A DNA stretch of 64,000 bases, from positions 76,982 to 140,981 of the forward strand of contig MCFE01000182.1 of NCBI GenBank assembly GCA_002104905.1. Reading direction: 5' to 3'. The translations under genes and the position numbers were made by a program. Numbering within the stretch: position 1 is the stretch's first letter; each line of letters begins with the position of its first letter. The stretch is from Basidiobolus meristosporus CBS 931.73 (taxonomy: Eukaryota > Fungi > Basidiobolomycota). The notes under the pieces are model-generated. The model worked only from the letters and a program-made list of their open reading frames with translations. It was not told the DNA's origin and did no database searches. Positions 1 to 12,496 of this stretch are shown here, in pieces.

Positions 1-821
1 ATTAATATCTGCATTGGAGATACCCAGCCATCAGTAAGATAGCAGGTTTTTCTGGGCACAATGGATGGTACTGCTGTTGAATGTGTGAGATCCATGGGAT
101 GTGTTCCATAACTCACACACATTATTATTACACAAACACCAGCACTAAGAGCATCATCTTTCTACAGAGAGAATGTACAGAAGTCAGCATGCAATTGCAG
201 CATAGCTGGCAAGCTATAAGCCATTGGCTGGAATATGGAGTCAGTTGGAAACCAGAGACACTTAAGATAGAGGGTATCTGCTGGAGCAAAAGCGTTCTAC
301 TTGTAGCAATGCATTTGCTCCTCAACCATATCCCTATACTGATGACTAAGTTGTACATGGGGCACTTCAACCATTGGGAGTCATATGTGGACATTTTAGG
401 AATATTTATCCAGAAGCAGATCATCAATGCCAACTTGATGCACCCACAGGTATTGTGCAAGGAGTTTGTGGCAGGATCTGAGTGGCTATACCACAAACAT
501 AAAGCTGTACACATAGATCTCTGCCACTACTGTACTCATTCTCTACTTGATCTTGCACAGTGTGTGCAGAATGCTGGGCCTTGCTTCACCTTCTAGGAGT
601 TTCCTATGGAGCAGATGTGTGGGGAGATAGGAAGGCAAGTCAAGTTGCAGGTGCTACCATATCCCAATCACATCAAGAATATTACCTTCAAGTCCATCAT
701 GGATGTGATGAGTTGGCATATGGAGGACAGCCAGGAAGAGTTGGAAAATACTGAGAACAGATGTGCACATAGAGACACCAATGCCAATGGCATAAAGAAG
801 CTAAGCAGCCCTAATGCTTGA
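1..821 (+). pseudogene. Degenerate CACTA/EnSpm-like (Transposase_21-type) transposase remnant
   Basis: Broken frames give GHNGWYCC.MCEIHG and MEQMCGEIGRQVKLQVLPYPN, resembling the GHNG..GCR.C and MER.CG.L...V.SR..PY motifs of fungal CACTA-type transposases; many stops; CpG-depleted. Confidence 0.5.
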
Positions 822-3299
822 GTAATCAGTTAGGTAATACAAAGTTGGGTTGGGTGCAACAAGAAACTAATATTGATCAGGAAAACTCTACCAAGGTACG
901 CCGTATTTCTCAGGGTCACAAGCCAACTTCTACACCATTCACTACAGAATTCACACAAACAAGAGCTAGAGTGCACTTATAAGGGGGGCTAGAATCCAGC
1001 AGGGTGAAGGAATATATAGGCTGAATACCAAAAGGTTCTTTGAGGATATTCAGGAGTTATTCATGGCAGAAGTGGCAACAACCAAGCATATGTATGCAAG
1101 ATGTATATGATACCAGCAATACACTGTATATAGGAACTTTGCAAGTATCACACTAAAAAGCCATAAAGTTGAGGTGATAAAAGTATTTCAATTGCAGCAG
1201 GTGTGCGTACTTGTAGCAGTTAGTAAGCAGGAGGTTATAGTTCTTTTTGATTCATACTATATGTGGAATACCCAAGGTAGTAGTGGGTAAGTAAACCAAG
1301 AGGGGCAATTCTACAGTGGAACATATGAATTGCACAAGGCAAGGTAGAAATAGGAAATACCATTGGTAAAATGGTACTGTAGCATTATTCAGAACTAGCT
1401 GTAGGCTGCCATACTGCCATTATAGTGCCATCAGAGTCTTGCTGTGAGGCTGTTGAAATACCTTTGAGATTTATGCCATATAAGGCACCTTGATGTCCTG
1501 GCTGGTTGGATCCATTTAAAATAGCTGTAGAGTGCAATAGGACCACAACAATGCCATGCAATTATTGTCACAGCACCAATCAAATCCCATCAAGTTTTAT
1601 AGCTTTATTTGGCAGTAAAATTAGCAATTTACCATCATGATCCTGTCATAAGATTGTAAGGGTGGTCACTAATTCTAAGCCACTGGTATTACAACGGTCT
1701 CTAAACAGGATCCTGACGGCTGATCTGGATTGGATCCACCTGTGGGATCAAATTATTTTTCATAGGAATATGAATGAATCTGTAGAGAGCAATGATGAAA
1801 AGTGGGCACATATATGAGGCTCCAAGAAGTATAGCACATCATTACCTCAAGGATGGCATGCCATTGGAGCACCAGGAATGCTAGGCTAAGCAGAATATGC
1901 TTGGCATATTTCATGAGCATTTTCCTGTATTCAAGTGAGCAAATAGATTTTGGGCTAGCACTGCTATACTGAGAAAGTATCTTGGGTATAGGGGAAACTA
2001 TCAGATACAGCGCAACAATGGTGCTATAGCTAAACCCAGCAGCTTCTTCAAGAGCTTGTCAAAAGCAGGCCCAAAAGATTTAAACAAGTGGCATAGAAGC
2101 ATTGGCCAAGTAGAAGAGTGCCTGTAGGGGACAAGCAGGCAGAGATAGATGCCTTAATGCAGCATTTAACATGGAAAGTATGTAATTTGTTACAACAAGC
2201 ACACAGTCACAGAAGCAGTAAAGGACCTGGCTATGATAAAATCAGTGGCCTTTTGGGAGCATGTCAAGAGCTGGTTGCAAGCTTCAAACAAGCTGCTTAG
2301 AAGCATCTGGCTGCCAGAGAGTGCCACCAAGTGACAAGCAGGCAAAAAATGGAAGCACCAGTGCAGCATTGGTCAAAGAGAAAAAGGAGTACAAAAAAAA
2401 GCACTCAGTCAAGGTAGCAGTGATAGACTTTGCTGTGATTGCTGAAATATTGGACTATCTGGTATCATTCAGCAGCTAAATACTTACTTGGCAACTCTGG
2501 ACTAGTCTTGGTCACTGTAGGAATAACTTGCAACTCTAATTTTGCCACTTTCTCTCAGATCTATGACCCTATGTATATTCCCATAGAGAACATATCAATG
2601 TAGCACTTTTACCAAACATTATGTACTTGTTTAGAAATCATGCTCAACAAGTTGCACATGAGTAATGCAAGAGCTTATTGCATACACTGGCAGATGAGGT
2701 GCTAGATCTTGCAGTGCTGGCTAAAGGCCAAGGCATTTTGAAATCATTGTATAAACAGAGGCATAATGCCTGAGGGTTCCCACCATAGTCATGGAACAAG
2801 GGCTTTGTAGCAGAAATATTTACTGTACTGTGGGCTTTAATGGACTTATAAAGTGTGAATTTGGGCTTAAAACTAGTGTGGGGTATTAGCACATGGAAGT
2901 AAGAGCATTAGTGGAGGCAGGAAGTCAGGTGTGTGAAATAGAGATATTTGCTAATTTATGTACAAAAATGTAAGAATTGGTTCAGTGTCAGGATATTAAA
3001 GTGAGAGAACTGGCAGAGAGCCAAACTATAGCCACAAATGTATTGTTATGATGAAAGCCTTGACCAAGTCTTTGTAAAGTCTGGGATAAAATTATAGCTT
3101 GATGGTCTGGGCACAGTGTCTGGATGGTATCAATATCATTTAGTCACAGGATTTTGATTTTGTGGTAGCTTTCGATGGTATCTTCTTAATCTTTCTTAGA
3201 GATGAAACTCTGAAAAGATGAAGCAAGGTCTAACATTCCCCACACTAAGCAGGATAGAGTAGAGAATGAATGCAATTGTGGCAGAGATCTGCACACTCA

Positions 3300-3998
3300 G
3301 CTTTATGCATGTAGTATAACTGCACAGATCTGAACACAAACTCCTTGCATAAAAGCTGTATATGCCTCAGGTTTTCATTGTTGATCTGCTTCTATATTAC
3401 TACTCCTATAATGTCAGCAAATGACTCCCAGTGCTTCCTATGCTCTGGGTGAAAAACGCTTTGAAAGGCCACTTGAATAAATACATATTCAGTTCTTCCA
3501 GTTCTTGCATTTGTAGTATTTTATATGAGTATGTGTACTTATAGGTGCTTGTGGGGAATACTTCAGATGGGAGATTTTCTGTTGTTCCTTACCAACTCTT
3601 TCAGGTATCTGTGTCATCCAAAGGGCAGATTTGCTTGAAATGCACCACATATGATTTGGTCACTAGAGTAGGTATACTACTGAATAGTAAATGAGTTGCT
3701 CCCTGTGCAAAGCTTTTGCTCCAACAGATTCCCATTACCTCTAACATCTCCAGTTCAAATTAACTCCATATTCTGGCCAATGGCTTATAGCTTGCCAGCC
3801 TACTGCAAATCCATGCTGACTCGTGTATGAGAAGGCAATATTCTTAGTGTTAGTGTTTGAATAATGATAACATATGTGGATTATGGAGGAAGTCCTCAGG
3901 ATTGCAAAAATTTGACAGCAATACCATCCATTGTTTCCAGAGACACCAGATATGTTGCTAATAGCTGGGGTCTCTCCAATGCATATAACGGTATGCAC
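3300..3998 (-). pseudogene. Second degenerate CACTA-like transposase remnant, inverted relative to the first
   Basis: Reverse complement of 3930-3985 aligns with bases 1-90 (tgcattggaga...aatggatggta(c/t)tgctgt); translation ETPAISNISGVSGNNGWYCC. Confidence 0.45.
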
Positions 3999-4120
3999 TT
4001 TGACATGATGGTAACTTATACTTCACAGCAGTTATAAGACTTCAAAACTTTCTTTAGATGCAGTATTACTTCTATATACTTGGAGAGTGAGCTATGATCT
4101 ACTCCTGTGGTGGTGGATTC

Positions 4121-5326
4121 TGTCAAAAAGATTTGTAATTCCACCTAAATATTCACCTAACTTAGTCACCTACAGCATTACCTTCAAGTCCTAGGGAGTA
4201 CTGACCAAATTCCTAGATGGGACTTATTCAGAATATTTTCACCAAAATGTCAGTTACCCAGAACATAAAAATCAAACTTGGGACTTGGTCAAGCTACCAA
4301 TCAACCAAAAATCAATTGGATGCAGATGGGTCTTTATGCCAAACACAAGGCTGATGGCACAATTGAAAAATACAAAGCAAGACTTGTAGCCAAATGATAC
4401 TCTCTAACAAAAGGACTTGATTATAATGAGACCTTTGCACTGGTAGCAAAGTTTAATTTTATAAGATTGATATTGGCTATTGCAGCTAAATATATTTTTT
4501 ACAAATCAAATGAATGTAAAGCTGCATTTTTGAATGAAGAACTAGACAAGGATGTGTATACAGACCATCCTGATGGAGTTGCTGACCAAGATAACCCCAT
4601 TTAGTCTGCAAGCTAAAAAAAATCTCTATATGGTCTCCAACAACCACCAAGAGCCTAGAGTTGTAAGATAGATTCCTATATGAAATCTTTGAGTTTCAAA
4701 AGGAGTGATGTTGACTATAGTATATACTATAGGCTAGATAGAGCAAAACTAGCTCTAGTAGCTCTATATGTGGATGATCTTATTATAGCTACCAATAATT
4801 TAGCAATATTGGAAGACACCAAATCCAGTCTATCAGAAGATTGCAAGATGTCTGATCTAGGAGAACTCAGTTACTACTTAGGGATAAAGTTCTCCATAGA
4901 CAGAAGTACCCAGACTATCACCCTAAGCCAGTCCAAGTATACTCAAGATATACTAAAGAAGTACTAAATGGAAAAGTGTAAACCGGCAGATACCCCAATG
5001 GAGACAACCCTTAACTTGGTCAAAACTCAACCAAATCAAAGAGCTTGGTGCCATTTGCAAGCCCTGACTTTCTTTATCAATATATGACTGGCAGCTGATG
5101 TATACCATACCTGGAGCACATACAGATATCTCATATTCAGTGGGAGTTGTCAGCCAACACAATCAGAACTATGGATCTGACTATGTTGCAGCAGTTAAGC
5201 AGATTTTTAGATATGTGAAAGGAACTGCAGATATCTGCTTAAGATACATCTACAAGGACTCAGAACAGTATCTTGTGAGATACTCTGATGCTGATTGGGG
5301 ACAAAGTTTGGAAGACAGAAAATCTG
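4121..5326 (+). mobile_element. Copia remnant: partial LTR fused directly to RT fragment
   Basis: 4121-4272 matches the first half of the family LTR (ttccacctaaatattcacctaacttag) and then jumps to RT N-terminal sequence (aatcaaacttgggact); LYVDDLII and YSDADW motifs in broken frames. Confidence 0.85.
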
Positions 5327-5581
5327 CTGTGGTGGTGTATAAGTCCAAAGGGCAAAATATGGCCAACACTTCTCAAGTGTGAATGTGTGTGGGGTGTTCA
5401 CTGGGTGCAATAACCTCTGGCAAAAGCTTGCTAGGAACACTGGGTATCTTGTCTAATCTAATGTGAAGGGGGATAAAGCCTCAAGCTTGTCAAGGGAAAA
5501 CTATTGAGCTACAATCCCCAACTTGGTTGGCGTTGTGGTGGTGTAGAGGTACTCCTGGGAGAAGCTACACAACTCAAGGTG

Positions 5582-6336
5582 TGTGAGGTGTCTGATGAGT
5601 GCAATAACCTCTGTGCCTAAACTGCTGGTGTCTTTGCCAATATGTCACTATGGTAAAGCTCCTGCTTCTCTAGCTTCCTAGGTGCTCCAAGTGTCTCCAA
5701 AGACCTCTGTGTGTCTTGTGCACTGCCCTGAAAAGCTCCTTGATGGCAGGTCTGAGATGTACTGTTGAAGGCAGGTGCAGTGATTAACTGCTAATCAATA
5801 AGGTAGAAGTGTTACTGATAGAAGGGATGATTTATTGATGAGGGATTGCTTTCCCTTAAATACTTTTCCTGATTGCCAAGTGATTACTAATGACAAGGTT
5901 CTAGAAGATTCTAGGTATCAGTGGAATTCTTGATGACATCACTATGAGCTAAAAGTATGCCAAGAATGTCCTGGAAGGTTCTAAAAGGCATAGCACATTC
6001 AACCATTCAGGAATCAGTAGTCCGAAACATGTACAACATAGAAATACCATATATGGTATTGAAATGGTAGGGATGGTAACACAAACCTAGTTCATGTGTC
6101 ACAGGTACTGATGCAGGTACTTGCCTTATGTAGATACATATACTGATCACAAAGCTGAATAACATCTGGGATAACTAATGCTAATAACTAATTAGGGTAA
6201 ACATCATATGGGGATAATACTGATAATATGGGCAAAAGAAGAATGGGATAATACTAATAAGATAAAATATGGATAAGTATATCATAATGACTATATGAAT
6301 AAACTTGTCTGTGGGAGGTATGTTTACCCTACCACA
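5582..6336. repeat. ~755-bp TG...CA-bounded repeat (second LTR-like family), copy 1
   Basis: Nearly colinear with 8383-9139; begins tgtgagg, ends ctaccaca; non-coding. Confidence 0.7.
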
Positions 6337-8382
6337 GTGTCTTAACAAAAATTTATAATGGCTGCAATGTCCCTTGAGATGGCAATGTACTAAAGCTTCC
6401 AAAGTCAAAGCAACTGTAAACTCCACCATCAGGGACTTGATAAGAATGTAGCTTTAACCAATAGTTACAAGGACTGAAAAGTATCTTAACCTCTACAAGA
6501 GCAAACTTGGGAAAACAATCAAATATAATAGGATATACCTACTCTGAATATTCCTCACAAGTAGTGCCTCCAAGGTCAGTTGGCTATCAGCGCAGTTCTC
6601 TGGGAGTATTGTCAGGTCTGAGTCAGAAAGTAGGGGTAATAGGCAGCAGTGATCTCACTAAAGGCAAATAGCCAATTCAATGCTCAAGAGCAAAAACAGC
6701 AAAGAATGCCTGGAAGGTATTAGAAGACACTTACCAGTCATGTTCAGTTGCTAATAGAATGTATCTTAGACAAGAATTCTTTACTACAAAGATGCTGGCA
6801 GGAGAAGAAATGAGAAATCTAATTATAAGAATTACCCTGCTGGTGGATGAGATGGAATTGGTGGGCATAACAACTACTGATGAGGATGTGATAGTAACCA
6901 TACTGAATAGCCTAACAGACATGTTTCAGGGCCTTGTATCCACCCTGGGGTCCAGAACTGAAGATTTGACCTTAAATTACTTATAAATATGCATGGCTCC
7001 TGGATGAAGAATTATGAAAATCAAGCACCAATAAGAAGGAAGAAGAGAAAGTTTTAAAAAGCAGTGATAACCAACAAAGGAGATACCCAAGACCTTACAA
7101 AGGCAACAGTAACCTGTTTTGCAACTACTACAAAAGGAAAGGACACACATCAAACTGGTGTCTTAAACAGAGAGATAGTCAGCAAAAAAAGCCTGAATAT
7201 GGAAATACTGCAACAACTGAAGATAGACTATTCATATATACACTAATTATAACCACAAACAAGGATTCTCTGGTATGATACATTGACTCTGGAGCATCTT
7301 AGCACTTTACACACCAAAAAGAGATTTTACCCAATACCAAGAAAATCCAATTAAGAAGTTTTCATGGGTGACAATAGAACACTTGATTCAGTGGGAGAAT
7401 GATCTATCTGATTTACCTTAGAAGCAGTGAAGGAAGCCATACACTGACCTTAAAGAAGTACTCAATGTACCAGAAACAGCCAAGAACCTACTATCTGTAA
7501 GCAAGGCCACTACAGAAGGACTTAGTTTCAGCTTTGACAATTCTGAATTCAAGATGACTGATAAATTGATGACCATATTGCTTTGGGAATCAGAGATTGG
7601 AATCTATACAAGCTGGCTTATATTTCACCATATCTGGAAGCCAACATAAGTAACTTAAATGAAAAGACACCTATGCTTTAGCACAGAAGAATTGGGCACA
7701 TCAGTTTTGATTATTTGCACAAAATGATCAATGATTGGCTAATTTCTAGAGTAAATATTGATCCCCCAGCTGATTGGGAGCAGTGTGAAGCCTGCATATA
7801 CGGTCAACAAGCCAGACAACCATTCAAGAGCTCTGGGTTAATCAATACTGAGAAAAAATCATATCTAATTCACTCAGATCTGTGTAGACTTAAGCAAAAT
7901 ATATCCTAGGCAGAATGAGATATTTAATCACTTTTACTGATGATTATACAAGATACATATGGGTATACTTCATGGAGAGAAAGGAAAAAGCTCTGTCTAA
8001 GTTCAGGGAGTTTAATGCCATGGTGAAGAGTGCAACTGGTGAAAAAATCAAGAAAATACACTCTGACAATGGTGGAGAATTATACCTCAAAACTCTTCAT
8101 CCACTTCTGTAAAATTCATGGCATAAAGCAAGAGACTACTGTACCATACTCCCCACAGCAAAATGGAGTAGCAGAACAAGCTAACAGATCAATAATTGAT
8201 ATGGCAAGATCTATGATCCATGATCAAAAATTATCCTATGATTTTTGGGCGGAATCAGTTGCCACAGCTGTATACCTTAAAAACAGGAGTTTTCACAGAA
8301 TACTTTTTGATTCTACTCCATTTGAAGCATGGAATGGTTATAGACCAAGTGCAGAGCATCCAAGAATATAAGGGTGTATAAG

Positions 8383-9139
8383 TGTGAGGTGTTGGATGGG
8401 TGCAATAACCTCTTTGTCTAAACTGCTGATGTCTTTGTCAATATGTCACTATGGTAAAAGCTCCTACTTCTCTAGCTTCCTAGATGCTCCAAGTGTCTTC
8501 AGAGACCTCTGTGTGTCTTGTGCACTGCCCTGAAATGCTCCTTGATGGCAAGTCTGAGGTGTAACTGTTAAAGGTAGGTGCAGTGATCAACTGCTAATCA
8601 ATAAGGGGAAAGTGTTACTGATAGAGGGGATGATTTATTGATGAGGGATTGCTTTCCCTTAAATACTTTTCCTGACTGCCAAGTGATTACTAATGACAAG
8701 GTTTTAGAAGATTCCAGGCATCAGTGGAATTCTTGATGGCATCACTATGAGCTAAAAATATGCCAAGAATGTCCTGGAAGGTTTTAAATGGCACAGCACA
8801 TTCAACCATTCAGGAATCAGCATTCTGAAGCCTATGCAACATAGAAATACCATATATGGTATTGAAATAGTAGGGATGGTAACACAGACCTAGGTCATGT
8901 GTCATGGGTACCAACATGGGTACTTACCTTATGTGGATACATATACTGATCACAAAGCTGAATAACATCTGGGATAACTAATGCTAATAACTAATCAGGG
9001 TAAACATCATTTGGGGATAATACTAATAATATTGGCAAAAGAAGAATGGGATAATGCTGATAAGATAAAATATGGATAAGTATATCATAATGGCTATATG
9101 AATAAACTTGTCTGTGGGAGGTATGTTTACCCTACCACA
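8383..9139. repeat. ~757-bp TG...CA-bounded repeat (second LTR-like family), copy 2
   Basis: Copy of 5582-6336, sitting between the IN and RT parts of the decayed copia. Confidence 0.7.
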
Positions 9140-10882
9140 CTGGATATCCAACCAGAAAAGAAATAGCCCAAATTACTATATCAATGAGGGGGCAAACTTA
9201 GCCTAAGCCTATTTAGTCCATATAGATGAGCCCCAGACTGTAAAATAGGCCCTATATAGCCCTCAGACAATGTCTTGGAGATCTGCAATGACTGAGGAAT
9301 ATCAGGCTCTGATGGAAAATCAAGCTAGGGACTTAGTCAAACAACTAATCAACCAAAAATCAATAGGATGCAGATTGGTCTTCATGACAAGATACAAGGC
9401 TGATGGTACAGTTGAAAGATACCAAGTAAGACTTGTGGCCAAAAAATACTCTCAAGTAAAAGGACCTGACTATACTGAGACTATTGCACCAGTAGCCAAG
9501 TTTAATTGGTCAGATTGATATTGGTTATTGCAGCCAAATATAATCTTTTATACATCAAATGAATATAAAAGCTGCATCATAGCATGGAGAACTTGATGAG
9601 GACGTGTGTATGGACCAGCCTGATGGGCTTGCTGACCAAGATAACCCACATTTGGACTGCAAGCTTAAAAAATCTCTCTATGGCCACAAGTAATCATCAA
9701 GTGCCTGGAATCTCAGGATAGATTCTTGTTTGGGATCCTTGAGATTCAAAAGGAGTAATGCTAACCACAGTACATACTATAAGCCAGATAGAGCAAATCC
9801 AGCTCTATTAGCTCTATGTGTGGATGATCTTATTATAGCTGCCAATAACCTAGCATCATTGGAAGAGACTAAATTTGGCCAATCTATAGAGTTCAAGATG
9901 TCCAATCTAGGAGAACTTGGTTACTACTTAGGGATTAGGTTCTCTGTAGACAGAAGTACCTAGACTATTACCCAAGCCAACTCAAGTATATTCAAGATAT
10001 CCTAAGGAAGTACCACATAGCAGACTATAAACTGGCAGCTACCCTAATGGAGACAAACCTTAACTTGGTCAAAGCTCAGTCAAATCAAGAGAGCTTGATG
10101 CTATCTGATAGCCCTGACTTTCCTTATCAATATATGGTTGGCAGCGGATGTCTATCATGCTAGGAGCATGTACAGATATCTCACATTCAGTGGGAGTTGT
10201 CAGCCAATATAATCAGAACTATGGATCTGATCATATTGCAGCAGTTAAGCAGATTTTTAGATATGTGAAAGAAACTGCTGATACCTACTTAAGAGACATT
10301 TTTAAGGACTCAGAACAGGATCTTGTGGGATACCCTGATGCTGATTGAGGACAACACTTGGAAGACAGAAGATCCACCATAGGATACACCTTTCTTTACT
10401 CTAAAGGAGCAATTTCTTGGAGCTCAAGAAAGCAACCAACTGTAGCACTTTCTACCTCAGAGGTAGAGTTTATGGCAGCCTATGAAGCTATAACAGAAGC
10501 AATGTGATTAAGAATGCTTTTTACAGATTTAGGCCTATATCAAAAATGCCCATAACTTTATTTCAGGATATTCAAGGATGTATTCAATTAGGTAGAAATC
10601 CAGCATCTAATACTAGCACTAAGCACATAGATATTAGACATCAGTTCATACATGATGCTATGGAGAGTAACTTAGTTAGATTAGCTTACTGTAATTCAGA
10701 TGAAATGATTGCAGACATATATACCAAACCATTAGCAAGCAACAAGTCTGAATATCAGGTCAAAATTAGGACTGGTCTATATGAACAGTTAGCTGAGTGC
10801 AAGTGTTGTAAAGATTTGTAATTACACCTAAATATTTACCTAACCTAGTCACTTAGATCATTACCTTTGAATCTTAGGGAAT

Positions 10883-11093
10883 AGACTTGTTCCATTGTGC
10901 CATTGATCATAGTGCCAGAAAGTGCTGTATATTTTGTTATTAATTTGACATCTTAGGATCATATGCAGGTCAATTTTGATCCCATATTGGCACTGTATGG
11001 CACCATCTAGCACTCTGTGGCATGATCAGGCACCATCTGGCATGCTATGACACTATTGGGCACTATGATCCGCTGGAATGATGGAACAAGTCT
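10883..11093. mobile_element. 211-bp MITE inserted in a copia LTR
   Basis: TIR agacttgttccat...atggaacaagtct (imperfect to ~33 bp); 3-bp TSD AAT (10880-10882 and 11094-11096); removing it restores the LTR. Confidence 0.85.
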
Positions 11094-11676
11094 AATACTC
11101 ACCAAACTACTTGTTGGGACTTACTTAGAATATTCTCACAAAATGCCAGGTACCCAGATCATGAAAATTCTCAAAGTTGTCCAAACTGCCCCAAACTTTG
11201 CACATATGTTCTTGGGACCTTACTTACCCTACTCTATGTGTCTGTAATGCCAAAGCCATGTAAAAGTATAAATACTATTTTTATGTTCAATAAACACCAA
11301 GGGAAAACCCCATAAAATACTTTGTCTCCCAATCACTTCCAATACCCCAAGACTCTTACAACAAATTCATGGCAAGCTGGACATCTTGTAAAGGTGGCAT
11401 TTTCTAATATAAATGCATGCATCTGCAAATAGATGGTGGTATCAAATGGTCCCATAGTAACATGTAGCAAGCAGTATGATGACTTTCTGCTTGTACCATC
11501 TAAATAGCAAGTTGCATCCCACAGTGATTCTGGCAAGTAGTAACTGTGGATCCTCAAACTCTCATTTCTGATATTGGTAGAAATACACCACTTCACTAGC
11601 CACAGCATTGCATCATTCACCAGTAAGTGTATTACTGGGTTCACCTGGCTCTATAGAGTATTTGTAGTATTTTCTC

Positions 11677-12119
11677 AAGATATTGCTGGTACAGTGGTGG
11701 CTGATGAATGCCTGAATATGATTTGAGTAACAAAATACTGGCCATGATCCTTACACTACCTCCTATGTCACTTGGGTGCTCCATGGCTGGGAGGCTTGTT
11801 ACAATAGCCACATGGTTGTTTTTCCCTTTCTTATAGTGTTGAATCAATTCAGTCTTGTCCATGGTGAAAACAGCTTGACAGTTAACTGTGCAGTACTAGT
11901 ATTTCACTCTTTTCATTGTTGAGTGTCAAACTGTTTGCCCCATGGACAAGACTGTTCATTTTACACCATAAGAGAAGAGAAAAAAGAGCATATGGCTATT
12001 GTAGCAAGCCTCTCAGCTATAAAGCATGCAGACAAAGTATTACAACAATCATGGCCAGTGTTTTGCCACACAAGTCATATTTGGTTATTCATCAGTCACT
12101 ACTGTACAAACAATATCTT
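11677..12119. repeat. Degenerate inverted repeat (arms ~11677-11880 and ~11924-12119)
   Basis: Reverse complement of cagtcttgtccatgg...cagcttgaca matches tgtcaaactg...ccatggacaagactg; outer ends also match (caagatattg..gtacagtgg vs actgtac..caatatctt). Confidence 0.7.
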
Positions 12120-12484
12120 CCCAGCTGCTTGATACTGTTGTAAAAATTTGTATTTCCACCTAAATATTCACCTAACTTAGTTACTTAGATCATTACCCTC
12201 AAATCCTAGAGAATACTGACCAAATTCCTTGTTGGGATTTACTTAGAATATTTTCACCAAAATACCTGGTACCCAGAACATGAAAATTCTCAAAGTTGTC
12301 CAAATAGCCCCAAACTTTGCACACATGTTCTTGGGACCTTCCTTGACCTATTCTACGTGTTTGTAATGCCAAGACCAGGTAAAAGTATAAATACTACTTT
12401 TACATTCAATAAATCATTAAGTGAAAACCACATAATCTACTTGTCCTCCTAATCACTTCCAATATCTGCAAGACTCTTACAACA

Positions 12485-12496
12485 GGTTATGAGCCC
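12485..12496 (+). promoter_or_regulatory. Primer-binding site GGTTATGAGCCC (complementary to the tRNA-iMet anticodon stem-loop; half-tRNA priming type)
   Basis: Directly abuts the LTR end; contains the gag ATG (12489); same PBS type as Ty5 and Drosophila copia. Confidence 0.85.

Larger units (their letters stand above)
6670..11363 (+). mobile_element. Decayed copia copy (gag, PR, IN, RT, RNaseH and 3' LTR at 10804-11363), interrupted by other repeats
   Basis: Homologous throughout to 12489-16815; integrase PYSPQQNGVAEQANR, RT ARLVAK-like, RNaseH TKHIDIRH; many stops and frameshifts. Confidence 0.9.
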
